Source of the DNA: Vitrella brassicaformis CCMP3155
Lineage: Eukaryota > Protista > Chromerida
Reading direction: 5' to 3'
DNA: 64,000 bases
Assembly: GCA_001179505.1 (NCBI GenBank)
Contig: CDMY01000332.1
Location: 1 to 64,000 of the forward strand
The notes under the pieces were generated by a model. That model made no database searches and was not told the origin of the DNA. It saw nothing but the letters and a program-made list of their open reading frames with translations. Below, piece after piece: positions 12,628 to 24,300 of the stretch (position 1 is the stretch's first letter; each line of letters opens with the position of its first letter). The translations under genes were made by a program, and so were the position numbers.

Positions 12628-13015
12628 GCAGCGTACAACATGTGTGCACCCGTTGACTTGACGCACGCACCTCTCCTGACAGGGGAGTCTGAGAGCCAGC
12701 TCCACTCGCGTCTGTGAGTCCTCCTTGTGCTCCCCCTCCCCCTCGCCCTCCCCGAGGAGGTGTGGCTTGTGGCTGCAGCTCATGAGCACTCGGTCGTCAG
12801 CACTCGGCATGCACGGGACACTCAGACACCGACGCAGCGAGGCCACCTCGGCTGTCTCACACGACACACTCAGGAACGTCCGCTTGATGCTGCACGCACA
12901 CACACACAGTCAGTCTGTCATCCGAGGCGCTTCCTGGGAAGCGGTGCGTCGCTCGTTGTGTCTTCTACCTTAAGGAGCCCTCGGCCTTAAAGGCCTGCTC
13001 GGCTATCAACATCAT
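11520..13015 (-). CDS. Disordered protein with N-terminal IKRTFL (VKNTF-like) motif and two TWADIVK motifs; exons 13015-12969, 12889-12671, 12570-11520
   Basis: In-frame splicing gives MMLIAEQAFKAEGSLSIKRTFLSVSCETAEVASLRRCLSVP...ARTWADIVKT...polyQ...AKRTWADIVKK, ~438 aa. The 3' end could splice further from a GTACTT donor near 11526. Confidence 0.75.
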
Positions 13016-13270
13016 AGCGATGGGGAGGGAACCCACCGACGAACGGGCTGTCGCTGGGCTGCGCAACCGTCGATTATGACTCACCTCCTAACTCGCGCCC
13101 TCCTCTTGTCAAAGCTCGCGGGGGGTCAGTTCTGTTACACGGAAATTTCTAATTTAATTTACAACCCTCCTATTTATGTAATGTGGTGATCCTCCTCTTC
13201 TCCATGATTCCGTCGCTCAGAAGCGGAATCACCAGGTGGTCCTTCTTTTTTGTAGAGATAAGCCCAGATG

Positions 13271-13741
13271 CTACTGTTGAAAGGCGTCCGTAAACCGCCG
13301 GCCATCGGTGAATGGGATCCATATGGGCCGATGGGGGCGAGGTGCCTTGGCCTGGATGTCCGGCAGTGGCGCTGCGTGGCTGGGGTCGATGCCAGGCTGC
13401 TGCTCGTGGCTGGGGTCCGGCAGTGGCGCGGCGTGGCTGGGGAGGATGCCGGGCTGCTGCTCATGGCTAGAGTCGATGCCATGCTGCCGCTGCTCTAGAT
13501 AGAGGGTGGCCTTGCTGGATGGACCCAGGAGGGTGGCCTTGCTGGATAGACCTTGGGATAGACCCAGGAAGGGGCTGAGGGAATATGGCCCGTGTGACAC
13601 AATGGCACCGTCTGCGTCGCCACTCTCGGTGAGATCAGCATGTGCCCGCGCCTCGAGCGTTTGAAAATGAGCCGAGGTACAGTCAACATTGCAAAGGACC
13701 ACAAGGAGGACACATCTCCAACGCCATATCATCATAGTCAC
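13271..13741 (-). CDS. Putative small secreted repeat protein
   Basis: 156-aa ORF with a hydrophobic N-terminus (MTMMIWRWRCVLLVVLCNVDCTSA) and repeats SSKATL x2 and SHEQQPGI.PSHAAPLPD x2. Confidence 0.4.
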   Translation of the reverse strand: MTMMIWRWRCVLLVVLCNVDCTSAHFQTLEARAHADLTESGDADGAIVSHGPYSLSPFLGLSQGLSSKATLLGPSSKATLYLEQRQHGIDSSHEQQPGILPSHAAPLPDPSHEQQPGIDPSHAAPLPDIQAKAPRPHRPIWIPFTDGRRFTDAFQQ

Positions 13742-14841
13742 ATCTCCAAAGCCATATCATCGTCACATCGCGACTCTTCCTCCTTTGCTTAGGCCCCCTC
13801 GGCCCCCATTTGAGCGTCTTCCCCCGTCTGGAGATTTGTGGAGCCTTAGCCGAGCCGCCATGATGCGTTTGAGCGGTGCTGCCGCCCTGTCGGTGGGCTT
13901 TGGTTGGTTGGTTATTGTGTCTAACGAGACTCGTGTCTGTAACCCCGGAGGGATCCTGCTGTCTCACGCACTAAACTAGCAGCATGTGCCTTATCGCCAT
14001 CCTGCCACTCCTGGCCGCCACATGGGTATCTGCTTACATGGATGGAGTGGATGGACAATTGCAAACCGATGATTTTTTTGAAAGAGCTGGTGGACAGACA
14101 CATCGAGAGTTAGCTAGTTACTTAAACTACATGGATGTCTGGATGGATGGATGGATGTCTGGATGGACAACCATCCAGTAACTGTCACGCATTCACTCAC
14201 ACACACGGAGCGAACCAAAGGGGCCGCATCACGTCATATCAACCCACCAACCCACCGCTAAGCTAAGCTAGTGTCTCCTGTTGTCCGGTTGCCTGTGTAT
14301 AGTGAGTGGGCAGCGGGGTGAGTGGATGAGCGCATCTGGAGGCGTCCCCCTCCCCTCCCCTCTCCCTCGCGAAGGACACCTTCGTTCATTTGACGCCTGT
14401 GCTGTGTTGGCCACAGGCGGCAGGGAGGACGGAGCCATCAGTCGTGACAGAGAGGGTGGATGGGTGCATACAGACAGACTGGCAGCCACAGACACACAGA
14501 TACCACACCACACACACCAGCCATTCAAGGAAGTGGTGCAAGCAAAACACACACACCACACAAACAGGTCATCTCATCTCAGGTAACTCTTATAGTGAGT
14601 GGCTGAGTGACGGAGTGAGTGAGTCGGCGCGCCGGTAGAGAGAGAGTGTTGATCCATCCATCGACACGCACAAAAGTTTGTGCATAGAAGTCAGTCAGTA
14701 GGGTCGCGCCGCTAGCTATACGACAGACAGACAGACAGACAGGCACCTGTACACACCCCATCTGTCTGTCCATCCAAGGAACGAACGAATCGACAGCCAA
14801 GCAGGCAGAACGTCGTTCGCCAGCTGTCTGTCTAGTGTGTG

Positions 14842-15737
14842 TCATGTTTGCTTGGGGAAATTGCCCGCATTGGCCTGGATGATGCCGACAATCACGCCAA
14901 ACAAACCTGCACACAAAACACATTAAACACACGAGACAGACAGCCACGTTGGCGCCTGTTGGTTGGCTACAATGACTTCATTGTCTGTCTGCAGGCAGGC
15001 CGGCTGACCGAGTGCGCTCCCAAAGATTTCGACAATGAGCATCTTGACGAACAGCGTGGGGTTCTGCGCGTCGCCAAGAGCACACCCACTGCCGCTCACA
15101 CCCACTGCTATCCTGCACACGCACACACACACATACACACCCCAATCGGACCATTCAGCCGTCTGCCTGCCCACCCATCCTCCCATCCACCCACTGCCCA
15201 CCCACCCGCACGAAAGGTTCGATCCGCCGACAGTGATGCCGACCCAAAAGAGGCAGTATCCCGCAGCGATGGCCTCCGGCGGGTATATGCCAGGTGCGGA
15301 TTCCGAGAGCCCTTGCATCTTGTTGACCATGATGATGGCAATGATCACCCCATAGATGGCCACGGCCTCGCAAAAGATGACGCTAATGAGGTTCTTGGAC
15401 CGGATGCGGGGCGCCTTGATGGACGCACCCACCAGAGACGAACCCGTCAGAAATATGCCCCTGACATGACAGTGCAGTCAGTCAAGCAAGACACACACCA
15501 GACAGACAGACAGACAGACAGGGGAGCAGTGAGAATGTGTGTGCAGACGGGCAGTGTGCCACTATGTATGCGTCTGTGCGGTGGGTGCGTGTGTGGCTAC
15601 CACCCACCGCACCGCACATACCATGCAGCTCCGAGGACCGAGAGGCCGAGGGAGAGGGCGATGCCGATTGCCGCCCACGAGTAGGGGTTGATGTGGTAGA
15701 AGACCTCGCCCCACGAGTGAAACGCCTGCGCTGACAT
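14842..15737 (-). CDS. VMA16: V-type H+-ATPase proteolipid subunit c'' (Vma16/ATP6V0B); exons 15737-15622, 15460-15196, 15112-15009, 14906-14842
   Basis: [59 protein letters not shown] ... [31 protein letters not shown], joined in frame. Confidence 0.97.
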
Positions 15738-15976
15738 CCTCCTCGCCGTCTAAAGCGCAATCTGCTCCCTCTGTGGGCTGGCTGATCAATTGGCTGAGGG
15801 AGGGAGCAAGGCGATTGCACAAGCTGATTCGTATTCTCGTCCGTCCAACGCTGCACCCGTGGCCTTCTGCGACTCTTCCCTTCTTTCCCTTTTTGAGCTC
15901 GCAGGTTTTCCTCCTCTCAAACCGCTGCTGCTGCTTACTGAAGTTCCGCTCCCCTCCCTCCTCGGTCCCCAGCTCA

Positions 15977-18577
15977 ATGGTCATTCTGACTTGGAAATGG
16001 AGGAGGAAGGCCACATGCGCAATGTGCCTCGTGGGATGGCTCTGTCGCCTGCTGACGACGCCCATCTCGGCGCATGGGCGTGCATCTTCGCCTCTGGGCT
16101 TCGTCGCAACGACAGGCGGCCGGCCGACCAGGTGGCCGAGGCGGGAGCAGATGAGGAAGCTGATCTACAGGCGGAGATCTGCCGCTGCCATGACCACAGA
16201 CCGGCCCAGAAGACAAGCACATCAGGTGAGAAAGATGGGACAGACAGACAGACGCGTGTACATCACATCCATACCAAAAGGCTTTCACTGTGTCTGTCTG
16301 TTTGTCTGTGTGTTGTCTGTTCTTCTGTGTGTGTGCTGTGGCTGGACAGTCCCCACCGGTGGTCGACAAGAGCAACCGTCGAGCGATGCTCGAAGCGCTG
16401 ATGTCATCCTCTCTGGCCGTCACGGCAGCACTCATGGCCATGCAGCCCACAGCCGCATCAGCGGCATCAGCACAGGCCTCGGGCGAGCTCCTCACCTCTT
16501 CCTCATCGAACAGCGACAAGGATGTGTGTGTATCGTCGGCCGAGTCTGCCTGCCCCTTCATCTGTGAGCAACCACACACGCATCAGACCAGGCAGGCATG
16601 AGCATTCTCCTTGCGAGTGACACATCGCTCTTTCTCTTCTTCTCCATGATTGTGCAGCTATGGAGGAGCTGAATGAGATCAGTCGGCTGGCCGCTGCGGA
16701 GGTGCGGCGTGCGCCGAAGGGCATCGAGGCCGTCGAGCAGCCGCTCCCTGAGTTCTTCCCCGAGCTGACGAGTGAGGGCATGACCTGGCGCAAGGTCTTC
16801 GACTCGGTCAAGGGGGCCGACGTGCTCTACGTGGCCTCCGACACCTACTCTCCCTCCTTCGTCACATACATGGCGCGGTTCCTCCTAAACTACGATGACA
16901 CGTGTGCTGCCTGGTGGCGGCAGCAGCGGCTCACCACACAGGCCGTGGCGGACCCCTCTGAGCGGACCAGGATTCTGCTCAAGAGTTTTGGGGAGTTCTC
17001 GTCGTCTGTCGAGTATGGCTTGCGGCGTTACCGGGGCCAGGCGGGTGTCAACAACCTGCTCAACGTCATGATCCGGCGGTACGGTAACCGGCAGATCCCC
17101 GAGTCGCGACGGCAGCTGGCCCTCCTCTTCTCCCTACTCAGCCAGTACCAGCCCATCAACGCTATCACGGTCAGTCAGCGAGGGAGGCTCTCATGCATCC
17201 ATCGTGCGTCTGGTGTCTTGTTCATCATGCGTGCGTGACTGCAGGTGCTGTCCCGTGCCCTCCCGACCCGTCCAACGTTCGCCTTCTCGCCCTCCCCCGC
17301 GGGCATCCCCTCGCCGGTTTTTGCCAGCATGAAGGAGGAGGAGGGCTTCTTCCTCTCAGACCCAGTCGCGCTGCTCCCCGGAGGCGTCAACCCCATCTTC
17401 GACCTCGAGCTGCAGCGGTATCGTGTGAGCGGCCTGCTGGCCGACCCCAAGATGCTCCTCAGCTACCAGCTGCGCCGTGACGGCTCCGTCAACCTGGACC
17501 AGCCTGTCCTGACGCTGTTTGGGCCGCGGGGGCCCTTCCCCGTGACTCGCGAGAAGCCGCTTGACTGGTCGACCTACGCACTGTTCGCCACTGCTGGTGC
17601 GTTTGCGTGTTCGGCGACGCACGCAGCCGTGATCCCCCTGGATGTGGTCAAGACGAAGCGGCAGACCGACCCGGAACGATTTGACTCTATGGGTCTGATG
17701 CAGGGCGCCATCACCCTGGGGAAAGAGGAGGGCTGGCGCATGCTGCTGCAGGGGGCCCAGGCCACCATCCTGGGCTACCTCTGGTACGGCATCACGGTGT
17801 ACCCTGGCTATGAGTTCTTCAAGCGGCTGTTCGCTTCGCTGGCCGGCCCTGCGGGTGCCATCGAGTTCCGAGTGCCGCTGGTGCTGATGGCCGGTGCGGT
17901 GGCGACGGTCTTCGCTGCTGTGGGCGTCTGTCCGTGTGAGGCGGTGCGCATCCGGATGGTGGCTGACCCCAATTACGCCTCGGGGTTCCTCCCCGCCGTC
18001 CAGCGGCTGACCCGAGAGGACGGCCTGTTGAAGCTCTATGACGGCTTCTGGCCGCTGCTCATCCGGCAGGTGGTCTTTGGCATGATGAAGTTCTTTGTGT
18101 TCGACTCGTTTGCTGAGTTCCTCTTCGATGTGTTTCCGGCATTGGACGACACCACGGCCATGAGCCTGTCTGTGTCGGCCTTCTCGGGGCTGGTGGCCGG
18201 GGTGGCCAGCTCGATTGTGTCGCAGCCGGCCGACACGATTTTGTCGCGCATCAACCAGAGAGGCGGGAGGGAGAGCGCCTTTGAGGTGGTGAGGGACATT
18301 TTTGACAAGTGGGGGCCGCAGGGCTTCTTCTTTGGCCTCGGCAGCCGCTGCGTGTGGGCGGGGTCCATCATCGCCGGACAGTTCTTCCTCTATGACGTCC
18401 TCAAGGCTTCCTTTGGCGTCAGGAATGAAGACCTCATGCTGTCAGTGAGAGACACACTCACACACACACACGCACACGCAGTATCTCGTTCTCGCGTCTG
18501 CTCCTGTGTGTTGTGATTGATGTGTTGTGTTATGTGATGTCAGGTTCATGGATGTGCTGTCGGGGCTGCCGCAGTGA
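15977..18577 (+). CDS. Mitochondrial-carrier-family (phosphate carrier-like) protein with long N-terminal extension and probable plastid targeting; exons 15977-16225, 16350-16563, 16658-17169, 17245-18440, 18544-18577
   Basis: Three PX[DE]XX[KR]X[KR]-type signatures (PLDVVKTKRQ, PCEAVRIRMV, PADTILSRIN). PiC-like RQVVFGMMKF and GLGSR...GQFFLYD. The N-terminus has a hydrophobic signal, a GFV motif and an R/T/A-rich transit-like region. The start codon is inferred. Confidence 0.88.
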
Positions 18578-19335
18578 GTGAGAGGTCTGTACACACATGG
18601 CGTGGCGGCCACCGAGTGAATGCAATGCAGTGCGTGCTGTGGAGTGAGTGAATGAATGACGTACAGATTGTGGTGTGGTAGTGGGGTGGGTCCCGGGGGG
18701 GAAAGGGGGTGGTGGGGTGCAGCTGGTCGGATCATGAGTGAATGAATGAGGCTGAGTTGGTCATGTGTGAGTTTGTTGACGATGAACGGCTGCACGGGTG
18801 TGCATTCACTCATTGTGTTGTGTTTGGGGGGTGGGGTGGGGTGGCGTGGGATGGAGGGGGAGTGTCTGGCAACGATGTGCGCCGGACGGACAGACAGACA
18901 GACAGAGAGGCATAGAAATGAATAATGACAGCGATTGATGAGGGCATCCACGCACTCTGGTCCATACAGCACCAATCATGCGTACAGCCAACACACACAA
19001 CACATGCATCACTGTATCTGTCAGAGCAGACAGGCAGGCGGGCAATCTGATGGAATGAATGTGTCTGAGGCAGGCAGCACACGACAAGGGTGGCATATTA
19101 CACCACATCCTTGCAGACGGGCACATCCATGCAGGCGGGCACGGCAGTCAGGAGGGCAGTAAGGGGACATCAGGGAAGAGATGGGATCGATACATCCGCG
19201 TGTAAAAACGAAAAGACTTCTCCGTCTGTGGTCTTAGACCACCCCCCCCAGAGCATGATACACACCACCACGACAGACACCAAGCCAAACGAGCAGCAGG
19301 CAAACAAACAAGACAGACACACGATCGCGGTGGAT
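18500..19335. repeat. Direct duplication copy 1 (carrier last intron end + last exon + downstream ~800 bp)
   Basis: Aligns by eye with 27720-28612, e.g. tcaggttcatggatgtgctgtcggggctgccgcagtga and gcaggcagcacacgacaagggtggcatattacaccacatcc... are shared. Confidence 0.92.
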
Positions 19336-19813
19336 GAGAGCAGACATCCTGCTCCCAGACTCCTCCACCCATATGGCCCATACGGAGGGCAAACCGTTAA
19401 TGCTCTACCTGGTGGAAAACCGCTCTCTCTGTACGCTTCGAAGCCTATCCGATGCCAGTCGTATACGTAGTCACTATGCGCATGAGATCAGTGTCTATCT
19501 CTCCTCTGTATGTATGTATGCATGTGGTGAGCATGAATGGTGTAATGACGGGGTTGGCTGACGGGTGAGTCGTCCATTACATAATAGACCGCTCTGGTTC
19601 GTCTGTATGTCCGCTGCACACGTATGTGCACACCACCACACACACACACACACCACACGCACACAGACGTCCCGGCCGATCGTCATGTGCAATGTCTAGC
19701 CCAGGGTGCTTATCGATAGATATGCAGGCATGGCTATGTAGAAGCTAGATAGACAGGTGTATAAATGGACGATGGAAGGACACCATTTCAATAATCGTCA
19801 CGTGTCTAATTAG

Positions 19814-20952
19814 TCAGTCGTTTCTCGCCAGACGGGCCATGTACTCTTGAAGCTCATCAAACAGACGTGGCTCACTGCCATCAGTCCGCCCATTGCTCTC
19901 ATATCGGTCAATCAGGACGGCAGTGGCCAGTGCCTTCATGTCTCGAACGTCTCTTGTCAGCTCGGCCAACTCCTGCCTCATCTCACTTATCGCTGCCTGC
20001 ACGTCAGCTGCCTGGCTCTCCTGCGCCTCTATCCTCTCCGCCACGTGTTGGGTGGCGTGTATGGTCTTGTACAGCACGGTGGGCAGGTTGACGTACAGCG
20101 CCTTGTTGTCGTGGCCGCGGTCAACGCTGCTCTCGAACACCGCCTCAGGCCAAACACTTCTCACTTCCTCCGCCAGGACGCCTGACAGACAGGCAGATAG
20201 GCCCACTAAGCTCTCTTTGCTCATCAGGCGATAGGCGTCACTGACCAAATTGCCGCTGTCCTGCGTAAGGGATGCGTCTTCCCCTGTGCGTCTCATCCTG
20301 CGTTCTTCCGTCGTCGTTTTTCCATTGGAAGCTGTAGAAGTCAATCTTCTTGATGGCTTCCATCGCTGCCATTCCCCCCTGGGCAGTCTCCTTGCTGACG
20401 CGTGTCTTGTACCTGCCGTCGCTCAGCGCGCCATAGAACTGGCTGAAGAGGCCTCCAGCGTATATCTCGTACAGAGGAAAGTCAGTACCACACCCCAACA
20501 TGCCTGCAGACACACGGACACACACAACCAGCCATGTGTACTCCGTGTGCACTTTATTTGGTGATGCAGGCGCCCTCACCGTATCCCTGCAGGAGCGCAT
20601 TGTCAGCTTGCAGGTCGGCAGCCCCAAGAGATGGGTCGTCCCCTGAAGCCTCAGGCAGCACACGCACGCAATGAGCACACATACATCAAGCACGGGGAAT
20701 CGTTCGCCTACCGCACTGGAAGGTGGCGTATTGCCGCAGTGCGGCTCCTGTGCTGTTGTTGACGGCGGGCGCGCCGATGAGACCCTCCTTCGTGGGTGGC
20801 ACGTTGCCACCAGTGGGCTTCGAGAGCTCATCGATCTTCTCGCTTGGGGGTGGGAAAGGGAAAAGCTGTGGTGGGTTCGCCGCTGCTCGACGAGCCCAGC
20901 AACTTGATGCGACGAGGACGAAAAGTTGACACAGCTGCGAAGCTGCGAGCAT
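19814..20952 (-). CDS. Secreted protein with Peptidase S74 / intramolecular chaperone auto-cleavage domain and C-terminal coiled coil; exons 20952-20712, 20642-20580, 20503-20246, 20181-19814 (309 aa)
   Basis: Signal peptide MLAASQLCQLFVLVASSCWARRAAA. GMLGCGTDFPLYEIYAGG resembles tail-fibre G.VGIGT..P repeats. AL-SDGRYK..(MEAIKKIDFYSFQWK)..RQFGVLAEEVRSVWPEAV..LYVNLPTVLYKTIHATQHVAERIEAQE matches the SDxRxK...GxIAQEV..V.PEAV...coiled-coil pattern. Exon lengths sum to 930 nt with consistent phases. Confidence 0.82.
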
Positions 20953-20984
20953 CGTAGCGTACAGCCGTTCATTGTACACGTGTG

Positions 20985-21395
20985 GTCTTAGACCACCCCC
21001 CCCAGAGCATGATACACACCACCACGACAGACACCAAGCCAAACGAGCAGCAGGCAAACAAACAAGACAGACACACGATCGCGGTGGATGTTCACAGACC
21101 CTCAGTGATCTCACGCGCCATCCACCCCATCAGCAGCAGCGGTTTCAGGGAGCATCCTAGGTGGCCTGACGGCCAAGTCCCCTGTCGGTCTGTCCAACAT
21201 GAAACAGGCACCCTAACATGCAACCCGGACACGAAACACGCAGCACGCAGAGGGCAGATGCAGCAGACAGGAGGATATGCAATGCATAGGGCAGACCGTT
21301 AGCGGTTAGGTAAAACCGTTTTCTTCCCTCTTTTCTCCTGCCTGTCGTCTACGTAATCACTGTGCGCATGAGATCAGTGTCTATCTCTCCTCCGT
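20985..21395. repeat. Third, interrupted copy of the 19229-19505 segment, lying in the divergent promoter of the cassette
   Basis: gtggtcttagaccaccccccccagagcatg...cacgatcgcggtggatg is identical to 19229-19338. tcactgtgcgcatgagatcagtgtctatctctcctc matches ~19470-19505. Confidence 0.88.
21136..21154 (+). promoter_or_regulatory. Candidate telo-box-like promoter motif (GCAGCGGTTTCAGGGAGCA)
   Basis: Perfect 19-nt match to 28771-28789 (minus strand) and a 13-nt core match at 2648-2660. All three lie just upstream of start codons. Confidence 0.4.
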
Positions 21396-21396
21396 G

Positions 21397-24300
21397 ATGC
21401 CGAGTCGATTTAGATTGACTCTCGTGAGCACGTGCCTCTTCGCATTTCTACGCGCATGGCTTCTTGAACTTCGCGTGGCCGTCGACGCACAGTTCACAGC
21501 CGCCTGCGTATTTGGCAACAATCGCAAAGCAGAGGGAGCCACGAGAACAGCTTCAGCGGGACTGCCTTCCCGGTGGGTTAGTGAAGCACCGACATAAAAC
21601 GGGACATGCGTGTGTGTCGTTGTATGCGTGTGTGTGTGTGTGTGTCATTACAGAGGTGCCGCCGGCTGGCCTGAAGCTGTCGACGTGTTCCCCACACCCC
21701 CTGCTGTACTTCAGAGATGACGAAGGCGAAGAGAGGGCTTTGGGGCAGTGCGTGGCTGGTAAGTGAAGTCACGAACCGCTTCATTCACATCCCTATGTCT
21801 TCCCTTTGCAGAGGATGACCTGAAGAGACGACTGCGAACAGCACAGAAGAACGCCCTCGGTGTTCCTGTGAGCGCTACTGGGGAGGGCATTCTCTGCGGT
21901 GCTGTGGATGGCAACGGCGGCACGGCTGCTCTTTCTGTCTGCCCGCCGGACCGACCAATCTGTGCACGCTCCAGCGACCAGCGCTTCTGCTTCTGCCTTG
22001 CTGATGAAACAGGCGCGAAGAGCCACAATGCCACATCCAATCCCAACAATTGCATGTGCATTTGCTAATGGTGAGCTGAGTCGTCAGCCCGAAGGCACTC
22101 CATCGCTGGTCAGAGGCGTTCTTCAAGGCCAGCCATCCTCTCTCTGTTTCCCGCCTTCCCTCGACCCCTGCATCAACCCAGTCAATCCCTTCGCGCCCAA
22201 CCTCGACTGCTACGATGCTCTCGAGGTCGTGGAGATTGCCGACACGAGCGGCGTCGACCCTGCATCGCTCGCAATGGGCGACCACAACAAGAACCCAAGA
22301 GCGTTTTCGCAACTCGTGCCTGGGACTTATCTGATGGAAGACGTCAAGTCGGATGCTTGGGCGGATGCGATTGAGAATGTGGGCGACACGGACAGCTGCC
22401 TGCGCATCCAGGGAAGAATGGAGGACTCCGACGAGGACTTCTCCATCGATCTGTCATGCAACACGACTGAGGGTGTGTCTGCCATCCTCCCTTTCGACTG
22501 TCCTGACGTGGGCCTCTGCTCGGTGCGAGATGGCAACGTATTCAAACCTGCACTCGTAAGTGGGAGACATGATGGAGAGAAGAGATGGGTCGGCACCATC
22601 TTCATGCGCCTGATGCGCGTGCGTCGATTGCCTGATGTGTGTGCGTCGATCAGCTTGTGATTCAGGGCGTGTTGAAGGTGGTCAACGCCAGTGAGGCCGA
22701 CTGCGTCGGCCTTGAGGCGCAGATCGAGCTGACAGCGTGAATGCAAAGACAGCCTGAGGCATTCATAGGGCTCACTGCATGTTTCTTGCCTGTGTCTCTG
22801 TTTGTGTGCAGCACCGGATTGGTCGATGAAGCGATCTCTGGTCGAGCTCGCTCCGCCAACTACACAGCCGAGCAGCGAATCACGATCTTTGCTGAAGGAG
22901 AAGAGACAGAGCTCATTACCACACGTGGCATTGCTCTGGTCAGTCCAGCCGCCAACTCTGACTTGGGGCTGCTCACGTTTCCCAGCACGGTGCCCGCCGG
23001 CTGCCCTTCCCTGCTCAAGCAGCGCATCTTCACGATCACATCGGGCGACGTGGCGGCAGGCGGGGTGATCGCGGCCACTGCATCCGGATACAGTTACGAT
23101 CAGAACGACACTGTAGTCTCAAAGGTAAACACGTAGAAGCGAGGGACAGCACCTGCATTGCGATCCCCTTTCTGGTTTTGTCTGCTGCATGCAGAAAGTG
23201 TTTGAGGTCGAGATAGGCTCTGGCAAGTCTGCCGATTTCAACGAGGTCTGCCGCGAGGCGGCTGAAGAGGATCGCATTTCCGCAGAGCAGGAGCGGCTGG
23301 TGACTGAGCAAGCGGCGATAGGTGTGGACCCTTCTCGTGCATTGGTCGGCATCGAGGCACCCTCTCTGTGGTTCCCGCTTTTCAAGACAGGCCCAAGCCC
23401 GTTCTTCCCCCTGTTCAATGCGCGAAGGGTGGCACGCTATTCGGTGACCAGGGAATTTAACCCCGATGAGATTGCGGACGAGTTCGGCGTTACTGACCGA
23501 GACCGAGAGCAGTCGAAGATCTTCTTGTGGAGAAGAGTGTTTGATTTCATATCTGTTCAAGCCGACATCAGTCGGCCTATAAGCTATGTCCAGATCTTAT
23601 GTGCCGAGAACGTGACGGTTCTACCGGTGACATTCAAGCTGGAGAATCTGGAGACGGGCAGCTCTCTCGATCTCATCCTCAAGGCACAACTGGGCTCCTT
23701 ACTCGACCAGGATGCAGGCGGTGAGACAGAGAAAACACCCTTCTGGAGCCATCCGTTTGCAATCGTTTTTTTTGTTTGTTCATGCTCAGTTTATGTTGAG
23801 TGCCGACGCCGTGTGCTGCAGACTCTCCCAGTTGGCTTCGCCGACACATATCAAATCCCTGGCGGCCTCACAGCAGGCTCGATCGCTGCTGTTGGAGTCG
23901 ATCCTAAGGTGTGGGCGCTCGGAGACAACGTGTTCGTGGACGTGCTGATCAAAGACGGAGAAGGTGGATCCACCACGACGTCACTGAGAGATGAGGGGAT
24001 TGTTGCTAATCTCCAACAGCACAACTGCATCGGTGTGACAGAGACCAAGCAGAGAGAAATCAGCGCGACGGTGTTGGTGTACGAGAGACAAGAGGAGGGC
24101 AATCGGGCCAGCGAGGAGGTCATCTTGGACACGACCTGCGAGATCGGCTTCGAATGCTTTGCAGCGTGTCCCGAGCCCAGGTTGCCGGTCTCCAGCCCCG
24201 CGGCAGTGCAGAATAGGACGTATCAGCTTCTCGATGCACCCTTCAGAACTGCAACGTCAGAGTGGACTATTACATCTGGCACAATGGAACCAGCTCGTTA

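Noticed and set aside
11136-12670. Long ORFs 11136-12377 (+) and 11414-12670 (-)
   Set aside because: Antisense or alternate-frame shadows of the GC-rich 11520-12570 exon, with no start context or splice support.
13350-13560. Repeat units resembling a CRISPR array
   Set aside because: Only two or three degenerate units, in-frame coding periodicity, no unique spacers, no cas genes, eukaryotic context.
19148-19225. Possible minus-strand terminal exon TEKSFRFYTRMYRSHLFPDVPLLPS*, also at 28436-28515
   Set aside because: No upstream exons or start could be linked. Its conservation is explained by the DNA duplication itself.
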